Both the position numbers and the translations under genes were made by a program. The notes under the pieces are model-generated. The model was not told the origin of the DNA and did no database searches. It was given only the letters and a program-made list of their open reading frames with translations. Of a stretch of DNA of 64,000 nucleotides, positions 1 through 9,241 are shown in pieces. The stretch is from an uncultured delta proteobacterium (lineage in GTDB: Bacteria > Myxococcota_A > Polyangia > Fen-1088), in contig CAVWUP010000006.1 in the NCBI GenBank assembly GCA_963758155.1, positions 22,399 through 86,398 on the forward strand, written 5' to 3'. Within the stretch, counting starts at the first letter, position 1. Each line of letters begins with the position of its first letter.

Positions 1-150
1 GCGTGCGCGCGGGCCAGGCGGGCTCGGATGTCGTCTGGCTCGAGAGCAGGGTAGTCGGCCAGAATGGACTTTGCCCCTAACAAAGTCCGTGATCGGCGCG
101 GGAGGATCCGGAGATACTGGGGCAGGTGGCTTCGCCGCCCGGAGGACAAG

Positions 151-1431
151 ATGACCGCGAGATTTCCGTTTGCACTGCACGCATCGATGCTCTGTCTGGC
201 AATTGCCGGGTTCGCCATCGAAGCATGGGCTGGGCAGAACGTCTTCTCCGTTTCGGGCAGCAATGTGCAGATCAACGGCCAGCCGTTCAAGGTGATCGGC
301 CTGCGGCTCTCGAACGGCCTGGTCAGCGACGCCAAGACGCAAGAGCTGATCGCCAATCTGGACGTGTTCAAATCCTACGGCATCAACACGTTCAGCGTGT
401 TCTTCATGGGATCGCGCTACGGAGACGTCAAGGGCTACCTTGCGGACGCCACCATCGACCCCAGCTACGCGGCACGGATGGCGAAGATCATCGAGGCCGC
501 AGACGCTCGCGGCATGGTCGTGCTGGTGGGGTGCCTCTACTGGGGCACCTCGACCGCGATGGATGGGCTGGTCGGATGGACACAAACGCAGGCGAACCAG
601 GCCATCGCGAACACCGTGACGTGGCTAAAAACCAACAGCTACCGCAATGTCTTCCTCGACCCCGACAACGAAGGCATGTCCCCGTTCACTGACGCCCCCT
701 TGATCGCCGCCGGGCATGCCGTCGATCCCTCGATCATGATCGCATGCAATAGAGGTTCCGCCAGCGTGGGTGGTGGAAGCCCAACCGATTGCCAAGCGAG
801 CTCCGACCTCAATATCCATTATGGCGCCAAGGTTGCGGGCAAGCCGTGGCTGGAGAGCGAGGGAGTGCCCGATGCTGCCAACTACTGGGGCGCCTACAGC
901 GAGACCGCCAACTACGACAACTACATACGGATCGGCCTTTACACGGCTGCGTACAAGGCGTTGGCGATAAGCGACGCGGAGGACGCCATAAACAGCAACG
1001 CCGGCTACGTGCTCGCATCGACGTGGCTGCAATGCGGACCGGGGCAGGGCATCGGCGGCCCGTTCATGACTCCGGGCGGATACTCGAACGTCGCGGACGT
1101 CGACGCCAATACCACGGCCGTGAACCCGGACGCCGGGGTCAGGTGGTGGCTTGAGGCAATGCAGGCGGCGTACGGCGCCTGGGGTTCTGCGGGTTCCGAT
1201 GGCGGCGCGCCCGATGCGACATCGGCCGGGGCTGGTGGCGCTTCAGGAGCGGGTGGTGCCGCTGGCACCGGCGGCGCGGCTGGTCTTGCGCAGGACACTC
1301 CCGCCGACGCGGGCTGCTCGTGCGATCTGGGCGCACGAAGCCGCAAGCCGGGATTCGGCCTTGCGTCGATCCTCGTTCTCGCGCTCGGTCTCGTGCTGCG
1401 CTCTAGCCGAGCTGCGCACCCTGGAACATGA
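151..1431 (+). CDS. Secreted TIM-barrel glycoside-hydrolase-like protein with MYXO-CTERM-type C-terminal sorting tail
   Basis: In-frame ATG at 151 inside ORF 64..1431 gives signal peptide MTARFPFALHASMLCLAIAGFAIEAWA. Body has GH5-like motifs (VLVGCLYWG, FLDPDNEG). A Gly/Ala-rich linker is followed by GCSCD, a hydrophobic helix and RSSR at the C-terminus. Confidence 0.7.
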   Translation: MTARFPFALHASMLCLAIAGFAIEAWAGQNVFSVSGSNVQINGQPFKVIGLRLSNGLVSDAKTQELIANLDVFKSYGINTFSVFFMGSRYGDVKGYLADATIDPSYAARMAKIIEAADARGMVVLVGCLYWGTSTAMDGLVGWTQTQANQAIANTVTWLKTNSYRNVFLDPDNEGMSPFTDAPLIAAGHAVDPSIMIACNRGSASVGGGSPTDCQASSDLNIHYGAKVAGKPWLESEGVPDAANYWGAYSETANYDNYIRIGLYTAAYKALAISDAEDAINSNAGYVLASTWLQCGPGQGIGGPFMTPGGYSNVADVDANTTAVNPDAGVRWWLEAMQAAYGAWGSAGSDGGAPDATSAGAGGASGAGGAAGTGGAAGLAQDTPADAGCSCDLGARSRKPGFGLASILVLALGLVLRSSRAAHPGT

Positions 1432-1468
1432 AAGCCTTTGGTCCGCGTCCGCTGGTATACTGGAATCG

Positions 1469-1762
1469 ATGAGGCGCGAAGAGGCCATCTCGACCCTGCG
1501 GAGCTTTCTGCCCGCCATCCAGCGCGACTTCGGCGTGCGCCGGCTCTCCTTGTTCGGGTCCACGGCCCGCGACGAGGCTCGCGACGACAGCGACCTGGAC
1601 CTGTTGGTCGACTTCGCCGTCGGCCCGACGTTCGATTCCTTCATGGGCCTCAAGTTCTTCCTGGAGGACCATCTCGGCCGAAGGGTGGATATCGTCACAC
1701 CCGCGGCCCTGAAGCCTCGGATGCGTCCTGTGGTGGAGCGCGAGGCAGTGGATGTCGCCTAA
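1469..1762 (+). CDS. MNT-type minimal nucleotidyltransferase antitoxin (partner of HepT)
   Basis: ATG at 1469 in the frame of ORF 1151..1762. LFGSTARDEARDDSDLDLLVDF matches the GSxxRG...DxD nucleotidyltransferase motif. Overlaps the downstream HepT gene by 11 nt. Confidence 0.85.
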   Translation: MRREEAISTLRSFLPAIQRDFGVRRLSLFGSTARDEARDDSDLDLLVDFAVGPTFDSFMGLKFFLEDHLGRRVDIVTPAALKPRMRPVVEREAVDVA

Positions 1763-2093
1763 TACCCGCGATTGGCGGCTTTATGCCGACGACATCATCG
1801 AGTCCTGCGGCAGGATTCGGCAGTTCGTCGCGGGGATGACCTTTGAAGCGTTCGTCGCCGACCGGCGCACGTGCGACGCTGTGATCCGAAACATCGAAGT
1901 CATCGGCGAGGCTGCCAAGAATCTCCCCGACGACGTCATCGCCAAGGCGCCTGAGATAGAATGGCGCAAGATTCGCGGAATGCGCGACGTCCTGGCGCAT
2001 GGCTACTTCGACCTGGACGCGAAGGTGGTCTGGAGCACCGCCACGACCAAACTGGACGAGCTTGAGCGCGCGGTTCGCGGCCTGCTCGCGTAG
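1752..2093 (+). CDS. HepT (DUF86/HEPN) toxin
   Basis: 113-aa ORF. RGMRDVLAHGY is the Rx4-6H HEPN motif. Overlaps the upstream MNT gene in the classic MNT-HepT arrangement. Confidence 0.9.
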   Translation: MSPNTRDWRLYADDIIESCGRIRQFVAGMTFEAFVADRRTCDAVIRNIEVIGEAAKNLPDDVIAKAPEIEWRKIRGMRDVLAHGYFDLDAKVVWSTATTKLDELERAVRGLLA

Positions 2094-2173
2094 CCGTTTA
2101 GTCGCCTCCACCAGCGTGACAACATGCTGGGAATGGAAGCGCGGTTCAGCGGGTTGCTTTCTTGAGCCATCGA

Positions 2174-2566
2174 ATGACCACCTTTCCGCCGCCTTTCGAT
2201 GAGTTGCGGCCCGAGACCGCCGCTGACCTGGCACATCGGTGGAGCGAGCCCTGCGAAGCGGTGTTCGAGTTTCTTGCCGAGAACTACCCGCCAGAATTGC
2301 TGAAGCTGATCGGTTCGGATCGCCTTCGGGGTACGGATCTCACTTTCGCAGCCGAGATTGCGGGACGGCTTTCGGATAGCACGGCTGTGCGGCGCACCCT
2401 GCTGCCTCTGCTGTTGCACGACGATGCGGTGGTTCGCGAGGGCGCCATCTACGGCCTGGCACCGCAAGCTGACGAGACCGTGCGCTCGGCACTGGCGCGG
2501 CTTTCGACGTCCGACCCGACCGCGGCGGTCCGGCAGGCAGCAACGGATACTCTCGCCGACCTGTGA
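2174..2566 (+). CDS. Small HEAT-repeat protein
   Basis: ATG at 2174 within ORF 2162..2566. Repeated LLxDxDxxVRxxAxxxL units (LLLHDDAVVREGAIYGL, STSDPTAAVRQAATDTL). Confidence 0.55.
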   Translation: MTTFPPPFDELRPETAADLAHRWSEPCEAVFEFLAENYPPELLKLIGSDRLRGTDLTFAAEIAGRLSDSTAVRRTLLPLLLHDDAVVREGAIYGLAPQADETVRSALARLSTSDPTAAVRQAATDTLADL

Positions 2567-2747
2567 CCGCGCTGATCAGGCCGCAGCCAGGCACTCGCCC
2601 AAGCGGCTGGAGGACGCTACTTTGGCCAAATCTTCGTGTACGGCAGGAATGCCCGGACGGTCATCGTTGGAATCCTCAGCACTGCTTGCTTCGTCGGTCT
2701 TTCCGCGCTACCCTCAATTATCACTCACTTCTTCGGGAGCGTGACAC

Positions 2748-3092
2748 ATGCGGCTAGAAGCGACTCTTCCAGATTCTCGGGGCGACGCCCTGGTCAAGCT
2801 CGCGAACGAACTGGGCCTGACCCGAAGCCAGGTCGTGGATGAGGCTGTGGGCCTCTTCCTGAAAGCCGTCCTGGAGATCCGACGAGGCAGGCGGCTGGTA
2901 ACAGTGGACGCGGTGACGCCGGGACCCTTGTGCGAGATGGCGACGCCGACGTTGGCCACGCTCGAATGGACGACGAATGCAGAGCCGATCAGGCTGCCGG
3001 CGTCAGCCGTGGCCAAGATGCAGGGGCTCGTGGCGGCTCCGCGCAAGCCAGGTGCCCGGTTGCGTTCCGCAGCTCGACGCCACGCCAAATGA
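2748..3092 (+). CDS. Ribbon-helix-helix (CopG/Arc-like) antitoxin-type protein
   Basis: The N-terminus MRLEATLPDSRGDALVKLANELGLTRSQVVDEAVGLFLK has a beta-strand plus two-helix RHH pattern. No adjacent toxin was recognised. Confidence 0.5.
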   Translation: MRLEATLPDSRGDALVKLANELGLTRSQVVDEAVGLFLKAVLEIRRGRRLVTVDAVTPGPLCEMATPTLATLEWTTNAEPIRLPASAVAKMQGLVAAPRKPGARLRSAARRHAK

Positions 3093-3150
3093 ACACGCCC
3101 GAGACCACGCCGTACCGCTTGCCGGGCTGGATTGTGGCACAATAGGGGCG

Positions 3151-3384
3151 ATGGCAAGCTACCAGCGCATCTCTGTGGACCCGCGACAGATGGGCGGCAC
3201 CCCTTGTCTTCGTCGCCTGCGCATACCCGTCGCCACGGTGGTGGAGATGGTGGCAGAGGGGATGACGACCGAGGAGATATTGGCGGCCTATCCTGACCTG
3301 GAACGCGAAGATATCGCGGAGGCCTTGCGTTACGCGGCCGAGGCTGTTCGAGAACGGGAACTGCCGCTTCGGACCGTCGCCTGA
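3151..3384 (+). CDS. DUF433 antitoxin-like protein
   Basis: ATG at 3151 in ORF 2977..3384. Sequence is MASYQRISVDPRQMGGTPCLRRLRIPVATVVEMVAEGMTTEEILAAYPDLEREDIAEALRYA. It lies directly upstream of the DUF5615 gene. Confidence 0.85.
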   Translation: MASYQRISVDPRQMGGTPCLRRLRIPVATVVEMVAEGMTTEEILAAYPDLEREDIAEALRYAAEAVRERELPLRTVA

Positions 3385-3414
3385 CGCCATCGGGTGCCCG
3401 GCCTGGCCACCAGC

Positions 3415-3795
3415 ATGAGATTCCTCGTCGACAACGCTTTGTCGCCGCTGGTGGCCGAGGGACTTCGTCGCAGTGGGCACGACGCCGTCCACGTGCGCGA
3501 CTACGGCATGGCAACGGCTTCTGACGAGGACATCATGGCGCGCGCCATGGCCGAAGACAGGGTGGTGGTCTCGGCCGACACCGACTTCGGCACCTTCTTG
3601 GCACTGCGGCGTGAGGCGCGGCCATCGGTGATTCTCTTTCGCCATGGGAGCCAACGCCGCCCGGAACGGCAGGTCGAGATCCTGCGCGCGAATCTCGATG
3701 CGCTCGCCGAGGACCTGGCGGCGGGCAGCGTTGTGATATTCGAGAGCGCTCGGCTGCGCGTGCGGCGGCTTCCCATAGGTGGCCAGGCTCCCTGA
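3415..3795 (+). CDS. DUF5615 (PIN-like) toxin-type protein
   Basis: ATG at 3415 in ORF 3394..3795. [29 protein letters not shown]...VVSADTDFG is typical of the DUF433 partner family. Confidence 0.85.
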   Translation: MRFLVDNALSPLVAEGLRRSGHDAVHVRDYGMATASDEDIMARAMAEDRVVVSADTDFGTFLALRREARPSVILFRHGSQRRPERQVEILRANLDALAEDLAAGSVVIFESARLRVRRLPIGGQAP

Positions 3796-3816
3796 ATCCG
3801 ACAGATCGATCCCACG

Positions 3817-4113
3817 ATGACCGAGGCCTACCTGATTCTGCGCGACCTCGGGAATCGCGTGGCCGAGGTGCACCTGAGCGAGGTCAACGCCGCGAGCAAG
3901 CACGAACCAATTTCCTACGGCGCCACGCTGGCCTACCAACAAGTGGCCTCCATGATTCCAGAGACCATCCCCGTCATCCTGGAATCGATCGTCACTGCCG
4001 AGTTCATCGACGACGAGATCGAGGCCGCGCACGAGGCCCTGGCGACGGGTGGCCCGCGGCTGCGGGTGCGAAAACGACGTTCAGGGGCGACGGCCAGGCG
4101 GCTTCACGCGTAG
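3817..4113 (+). pseudogene. 3'-terminal fragment of a TIM-barrel sugar-phosphate isomerase/epimerase-like gene (copy 1)
   Basis: Only 98 codons. It starts in mid-domain (LGNRVAEVHLSEVN...). Positions 3874..4113 are repeated at 4871..5110. Confidence 0.55.
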
Positions 4114-4144
4114 TTCGCCGCCCCATCCTCCGGGGCCGAACTTG

Positions 4145-4324
4145 TCAGGAAGCCTTCTTGGCGGCGCTCGCCCTTCTTGGCGGCAGCGTTACCACGTGCC
4201 GCCCACTTGCCCGCTGCCGAGCCCTCGCGGCCTCGGCGATTCTCCGGAGATCGTTGTCCGACGCCTTGGCTATGGCCTCGCGAATCGCGTGGATCTCGTC
4301 GACGATAGGATCGGAAAGCGACAT
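4145..4324 (-). CDS. 59-aa putative antitoxin/partner of the PIN protein (absent from the ORF track)
   Basis: My translation of the minus strand gives MSLSDPIVDEIHAIREAIAKASDNDLRRIAEAARARQRASGRHVVTLPPRRASAAKKAS*. Its ATG lies 3 nt after the PIN gene stop. Confidence 0.5.
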   Translation of the reverse strand: MSLSDPIVDEIHAIREAIAKASDNDLRRIAEAARARQRASGRHVVTLPPRRASAAKKAS

Positions 4325-4327
4325 TGT

Positions 4328-4798
4328 CTACTCCTCGACCAGCTCAAGGGGCGTGCATATGACGGGTGGCTCGTAGCCTGCTGCTCTGCAGATTGCCTCA
4401 ATTCTACTACGTAAGGTCGCGTTGGCTATGTGTTTGCAGTTCCAGCTCAAGAGGTAGTCCATGCCGTGAACCGTCGCGACAGCAACGTGGAAAGCGTCCA
4501 CCCGCGCCTGCTGGGGGAGCCCGCCTCCAGCGATGAGTTCTTCGGCGAGCACAGTCGCGTCATCGGTGACGTCCAGAACGGCGATCTGTTCCAGCGTCGC
4601 CAACCGCAACGCAGCGGCTTCAGGGTCGCCTTTCGACGCCTCGTCCAGGACGAACTGCGAGATATAGATGTCGAAAGCCTGTCGACCAGCCCACCATTCG
4701 CGCGTGACCTGCTGATGAGCAGCCCGAACCAAGTCCTCACTTGGACGCGCGGTCAAGTAGCTGACCATGGTTGTTTCGACGTAGGCTTTCTGTTTCAT
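4328..4798 (-). CDS. PIN-domain (VapC-like) toxin
   Basis: ATG at 4798 (MKQKAYVETTMVSYL...) within ORF 4328..4822. Acidic residues are spaced as in PIN domains (VETT.., FVLDE, VDAFHVA, SWNCKH). Confidence 0.75.
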   Translation of the reverse strand: MKQKAYVETTMVSYLTARPSEDLVRAAHQQVTREWWAGRQAFDIYISQFVLDEASKGDPEAAALRLATLEQIAVLDVTDDATVLAEELIAGGGLPQQARVDAFHVAVATVHGMDYLLSWNCKHIANATLRSRIEAICRAAGYEPPVICTPLELVEE

Positions 4799-4870
4799 GG
4801 GCAATGGCCGCCTTCTGCCCAACCTGAATTCGGCAAGTCTAACCGAGTTGCGTCCGTAAGCCTAGCGGCC

Positions 4871-5110
4871 CTGAGCGAGGTCAACGCCGCGAGCAAGCAC
4901 GAACCAATTTCCTACGGCGCCACGCTGGCCTTTCAACAAGTGGCCTCCATGATTCCAGAAACCATCCCCGTCATCCTGGAATCGATCGTCAGCGCCGAGT
5001 TCATCGACGACGAGATCGAAGCCGCGCACGAGGCATTGGCGACAGGCGGTCCCCGGCCGCGGGTGCGAAGGCGACGGTCAGGCGCGACGGCCAAGCCGGT
5101 TCACGCGTAG
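4871..5110 (+). pseudogene. Second copy of the same gene 3' fragment (direct repeat of 3874..4113)
   Basis: 240 nt that aligns colinearly with 3874..4113, with about 20 mismatches by manual count. It encodes LSEVNAASKHEPISYGATLAFQQVASMIPETIPVILESIV...VHA* and has no upstream coding continuation. Confidence 0.6.
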
Positions 5111-5201
5111 GCGGTCCCGGCGGTGATGCTGGCGTGCCCCATCCGGCCTGGTCCGCTAGCGACATGGCGTTGACCTGCGGCGCGCGCCGCCCAACGCCGG
5201 T

Positions 5202-5933
5202 CTAGCCACCGGACTCGCCTTCCAGAGCCTTCGCGTCCGACGGGACTTGTTCATTCTCAGCCACGGCTTCCAACTCGCGTCGCGCCTCGCCAGGCTCCAC
5301 ATTCTGCCTTTGTGTATACTCCAGGTAGCCGGTCTTGATTTGGTCGGCGGTTTCGAAGCTCCATCCATTGTCGCCCGAGGCAGCCTTCATTCCGGTAACC
5401 GCATCTGGGATGGAGAGGCCCTTCGACACCAGATGATAAAAGGCAAGATAGGAAACCGCGGTATCAGCCCACGTAGGCTTTTCACAGTTACCGATCAACG
5501 CAAGGAACGGTTGTGTCTCCTCTACAGTAGACATGGCCATGATCCCGGCGAAATAGCCTTCGCAAGCGGACATGCAAAGAAGCAGAGTCCCAGAGAGACT
5601 TTCGTTAATGGGAAGGAGCAACTGCCGGAGCGCCTCCCAGTCCACGACGTCACCGCTGGAAAGCTGCAGACCCTCCCTCCCACCGTGAGCGCTCATGTGC
5701 AGAATGGGAAGGCGATCAGGAAACTGTTTCATCGCCTCAGGAAGACCAATTCTGAGCGCTGCCGTGAATGCCGTATGATTGATCGCAGTCCTGGTAACAC
5801 ACGGGATGCCATCCAGTGCAATAGCCTGTGCGACTACTCCGCCCTCCGATCTGCCGTGATAGATATCCGATGCCGACGGCGATTCGACGATGTAAACGAA
5901 GAAATCCAGCTTCTCCGGCTTTGGGTCGCTCAT
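5202..5933 (-). CDS. Small caspase/CHAT-like (His-Cys dyad) protein, function unknown
   Basis: 243-aa ORF with RBS GGAGGTATCC before the ATG. ILHMSAHGGREGLQL and LLLCMSACEG resemble the H-G and SAC catalytic segments of clan CD/CHAT peptidases. It is visibly more A/T-rich than its neighbours and lies co-directionally downstream of hsdS. Confidence 0.6.
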   Translation of the reverse strand: MSDPKPEKLDFFVYIVESPSASDIYHGRSEGGVVAQAIALDGIPCVTRTAINHTAFTAALRIGLPEAMKQFPDRLPILHMSAHGGREGLQLSSGDVVDWEALRQLLLPINESLSGTLLLCMSACEGYFAGIMAMSTVEETQPFLALIGNCEKPTWADTAVSYLAFYHLVSKGLSIPDAVTGMKAASGDNGWSFETADQIKTGYLEYTQRQNVEPGEARRELEAVAENEQVPSDAKALEGESGG

Positions 5934-6056
5934 GGATACCTCCCCTGGCTATACCTTGTGTCCAGCGACTCTGGCGGAGTTCCGTCCGTCAGCTTGGCGG
6001 CATGGGGCGGGCGCCATTGGGACTCTCCCTTGGGGGTGCGTGGCATGTTTCCCCTT

Positions 6057-7762
6057 TCAATTGGCTACGGCGGCGGCCAGGGATTCGGCCAGGCGGGTGG
6101 CGGTTTCCTCTTGTTTGCGGAGCTTGGTTTCGAGGTCGTCGAGGAGGGACATCAGGTGGTCGACCTTGGCAACGATGCGTTTCTGCTCGGCCAAGGGGGG
6201 AATCGGGACACCGAGTGTCTTGAGGTCGCGCAGGTATAGCGCGGGCTGCGCCATGGTTCGCGTCAGGCCCACCATACAGCGCTGTCCGTAGGTCGACCGT
6301 AGAAGCATCAACAGGAACTCAGACCGGAGAAATCTCGGCGGACGGACCAGGATCACGCTACCCATAAGGGCAAACATCGGGAGTCCTGCCTGAACTACAC
6401 AGCATTTTCCGACTGAACCCCGTCCGACAATGAGGAGGTCGCCCGCGCGCGGATCACACCGCTGGCGGAACCGCGCCGCATCTTCGACTGATACGTACTT
6501 TGGCTCATTGACAGACACACCGGCGTTCGTCACGTGCTTCGCCGAAAGCATCAGAAAACCTTGTGGAACGGTCTTCGGCTGGATGTGTTCGCCGTCGGTG
6601 AGTTTCTCGGCGACTTTGCCAAGTGGAGCAACAGTCCAGCCCGCAGGCAGAGAAAAGGGCAGAATCGCGCCCTCATCTTCGCCCGGCGGATTCTGAATTG
6701 AACTGGCGCTACCACGAGTGGATGAACCCGATCTGATATCGTCCACATCGGAATTGTCCCAGGCGAGTCTGCCGCTGACAGCCAGATCGAGAATTGCGGT
6801 GCGGAGGTCGGAACTCCCGTCAGGGCCGGCGAAGAGGAGACCGAAGTCCCCATCTATCCGGCACCATGCGGCGGAGAGATCGTCGGCGGTCTCGGCGGTG
6901 GTGAGGGCGGTGAGGGCGCTGCGGGTGGATTGGGTGGCGAGGTCGCGCTTCTTGGTTTGCCTGGCCTCCAGGTCGTCGGAAAGGGCCATGAGCTGATCGA
7001 CCTTGGCCACGATGCGCTTCTGCTCCATGACTGGTGGAATGGGTACCTGCAAGTCTTGGAGCCGTTTCATGCTGAGGCCTTCGCGTGAAACGCCAACCTG
7101 GACGCCCATGATGAGCGCCTGAAAATAGGGGGAGATGAGGCAGAGGTGCGCGAATGCGCGAAGGTCGCGATCAACCAGGCGCACGATGGCCACATGCTGA
7201 CTCACGTTGCCCTCGTCGAAGTCGTCAGGGACCACCGCACATCGACCAATGGATGCTCCGGTGATGTTCAGCAGCAGATCGCCGGGACGGACGTGCGTGC
7301 CCTCCATGCGCTGATGAGTTTCCTGCGTCGATGAAGGCAACATCGTCGAGGCGCAGACCACTGTCCCAAACGTTCTGCGACCGGAGGAATTTGATTCCGG
7401 AGCGCTTGTAGACGCTTTTTCCACCGAGAGGCGTGCTGCCTGCGCCGAGCTTGACGGCAATCTCGCCGAGGCGTGCCCAGCACCAGTTGGCGGGGATTTC
7501 AAACGAGGGGTCTGCGGCCTGGTCGTCGGAGGCCGTCTCATCTCGCTTGCGGTTCAGTGAGCGCCCTTGAATATCATGGCCATCCCGTTGCAGCCCAATC
7601 TTCGCGAGGACATCGTGACCTCGACCTTCACGCGAAAACTTGCGGAACCAGGCGGCCAGCAACCGCCAGCGAAAGTACAGCTTGCCTCGCGTTGTCGATC
7701 CCGCCGTGGGCATCGACGACCAATGGAAGTGCATCGGAAAATCTGGCGGCACTTGACATCAT
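6057..7762 (-). pseudogene. hsdS: Type I R-M specificity subunit HsdS, frame-disrupted
   Basis: An ATG at 7762 lies 1 nt after the hsdM stop and gives MMSSAARFSDALPLVVDAHGGIDNARQAVLSLAVAGRLVPQ. The frame then changes near the A4 run at 7635..7638 (FEIPANWCWARLGEI..AFIDA). It changes again near 7322 (ETHQRMEGTHVRPGDLLLNITG...). Two TRDs and the repeated conserved helices (EQKRIVAKVDxLM) are present. Confidence 0.8.
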
Positions 7763-7763
7763 G

Positions 7764-9209
7764 TCAGCCAGCTCCCAGCGCCTTCGCCAGTTCCTCCCGC
7801 AATTTCTCCCGCACCTTGTCCACCTCGGCCGCCGCTTTCCGGTATTGCTTGAGCAGCTCATCCGGATCGCCCGGCCCATCGTCCACGGCGCGCGGGTTCT
7901 TGATGTCCAGGTTGTAGCTGCGCGCCTTGATGTCCTCGATGCTGACTTTCCAGGCTTGGTCGGTTTCTTTGCGCTTGGCCCACCATTTCTTCTCGGGGGC
8001 GAACTCGTCGATGCGCATGGGCTTGGTCTTGCTGTAGCTCTTGTAGCCAGGCGGGTAGGGATGGTCGTAGTACCAGACGGTTTTGGTGGGCGTGCCCCGC
8101 TCGAAGAAGAGCAGGTTGGTCTTGATGCCGGTGTAGGGGCTGAACACGCCCTTGGGCAGGCGGACGATGGTGTGCAGGTTGCACTCTTCCAGCAGCTTTT
8201 CCTTGATGCGGGTCTTCACGCCCTCGCCGAAGAGCGTCCCATCGGGCAAGACCAGGGCAGCCCGGCCGCCGGGCTTGAGCAAGGTCATCAGCAGCACCAG
8301 AAATAGATCGGCGGTTTCGCGGGTGCGAAAGGTCTGCGGAAAACTGTTCTCCACGCCGTCTTCTTCCATGCCGCCAAAGGGTGGATTGGTGACGATCACG
8401 TCCACGCGATCCTTGGGGCCGTAGTCGCGCAGGGGACGGACCAGGGCGTTGTCGTGGCGGATGTTGGATGGCACCTCGATCTCGTGCAGGATCATGTTGG
8501 TCGTGCACAGCAGGTGCGGCATCGGCTTCTTCTCGATGCCCCGGATGCTTTCCTGCAGCCTCGCCTCTTGCGCAGCGCTTTTCACGTACTGCTTGCGCAC
8601 GTGCTCGATGGCGCAGACCAGGAAGCCGCCGGTGCCACACGCGGGGTCGAGAACGGTTTCGCCCAGCTTGGGGTCGACCATGTCCACGATGAACTGGGTC
8701 ACTGCCCGCGGGGTGTAGTATTCGCCCGCGTTCCCGGCGCCCTGCAGGTCGGCCAGGATCTGTTCGTAGATGTCGTTGAACTGGTGGCGGTCAGTGGCGC
8801 GGTTGAAATTGACCTCGTTCAGCTTGTTGATCACCTGGCGCATCAGGTGACCGCTCTTCATGTAGTTGTAGGCGTCCTCGAACACATCGCGCACCACCGC
8901 GGCCAGCTTGGCCTGCTTGCCGGTGGCGGGCAGTTCCTTCAGCGCCTTGAACACGTCGTTGTTCACGAAGTCGAGCAGGGCATCGCCGGTGATGCCCTCG
9001 GGGTTATTGGCCCAGGTCCGCCAGCGCAGGCGTTGCGGGATGGGGGACTTGTAGTCGTCGTCCAGCAGTTCCTTTTCGGCGTCGCGGTCGTCCAGCACCT
9101 TGAGGAACAGCATCCAGCCGAGCTGGCTGACCCGCTGGGCGTCGCCGTCGACCCCGGCATCCTTGCGCATGATGTCCTGGATCGTCTTGATGGTCGTACT
9201 GAGGGACAT
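7764..9209 (-). CDS. hsdM: Type I R-M N6-adenine DNA methyltransferase HsdM
   Basis: Intact 481-aa ORF with motifs LDPACGTGGFL (AdoMet binding), IVTNPPFGG (catalytic NPPF) and an N-terminal HsdM_N-like region. Confidence 0.95.
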   Translation of the reverse strand: MSLSTTIKTIQDIMRKDAGVDGDAQRVSQLGWMLFLKVLDDRDAEKELLDDDYKSPIPQRLRWRTWANNPEGITGDALLDFVNNDVFKALKELPATGKQAKLAAVVRDVFEDAYNYMKSGHLMRQVINKLNEVNFNRATDRHQFNDIYEQILADLQGAGNAGEYYTPRAVTQFIVDMVDPKLGETVLDPACGTGGFLVCAIEHVRKQYVKSAAQEARLQESIRGIEKKPMPHLLCTTNMILHEIEVPSNIRHDNALVRPLRDYGPKDRVDVIVTNPPFGGMEEDGVENSFPQTFRTRETADLFLVLLMTLLKPGGRAALVLPDGTLFGEGVKTRIKEKLLEECNLHTIVRLPKGVFSPYTGIKTNLLFFERGTPTKTVWYYDHPYPPGYKSYSKTKPMRIDEFAPEKKWWAKRKETDQAWKVSIEDIKARSYNLDIKNPRAVDDGPGDPDELLKQYRKAAAEVDKVREKLREELAKALGAG

Positions 9210-9241
9210 GGGACAGATCTCCGGTCAGGCCAGGCCCGACG

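Noticed and set aside
1-149. Minus-strand reading ...RILPRRSRTLLGAKSILADYPALEPDDIRARLARAH running off the left edge, resembling the DUF433 C-terminus (compare ILAAYPDLEREDIAEALRYA at 3151..3384)
   Set aside because: Only a ~20-residue resemblance. There is no credible start codon before it collides with the hydrolase gene's start region, and most of any gene would lie outside the window. It may be a remnant, but I cannot support it as a feature.
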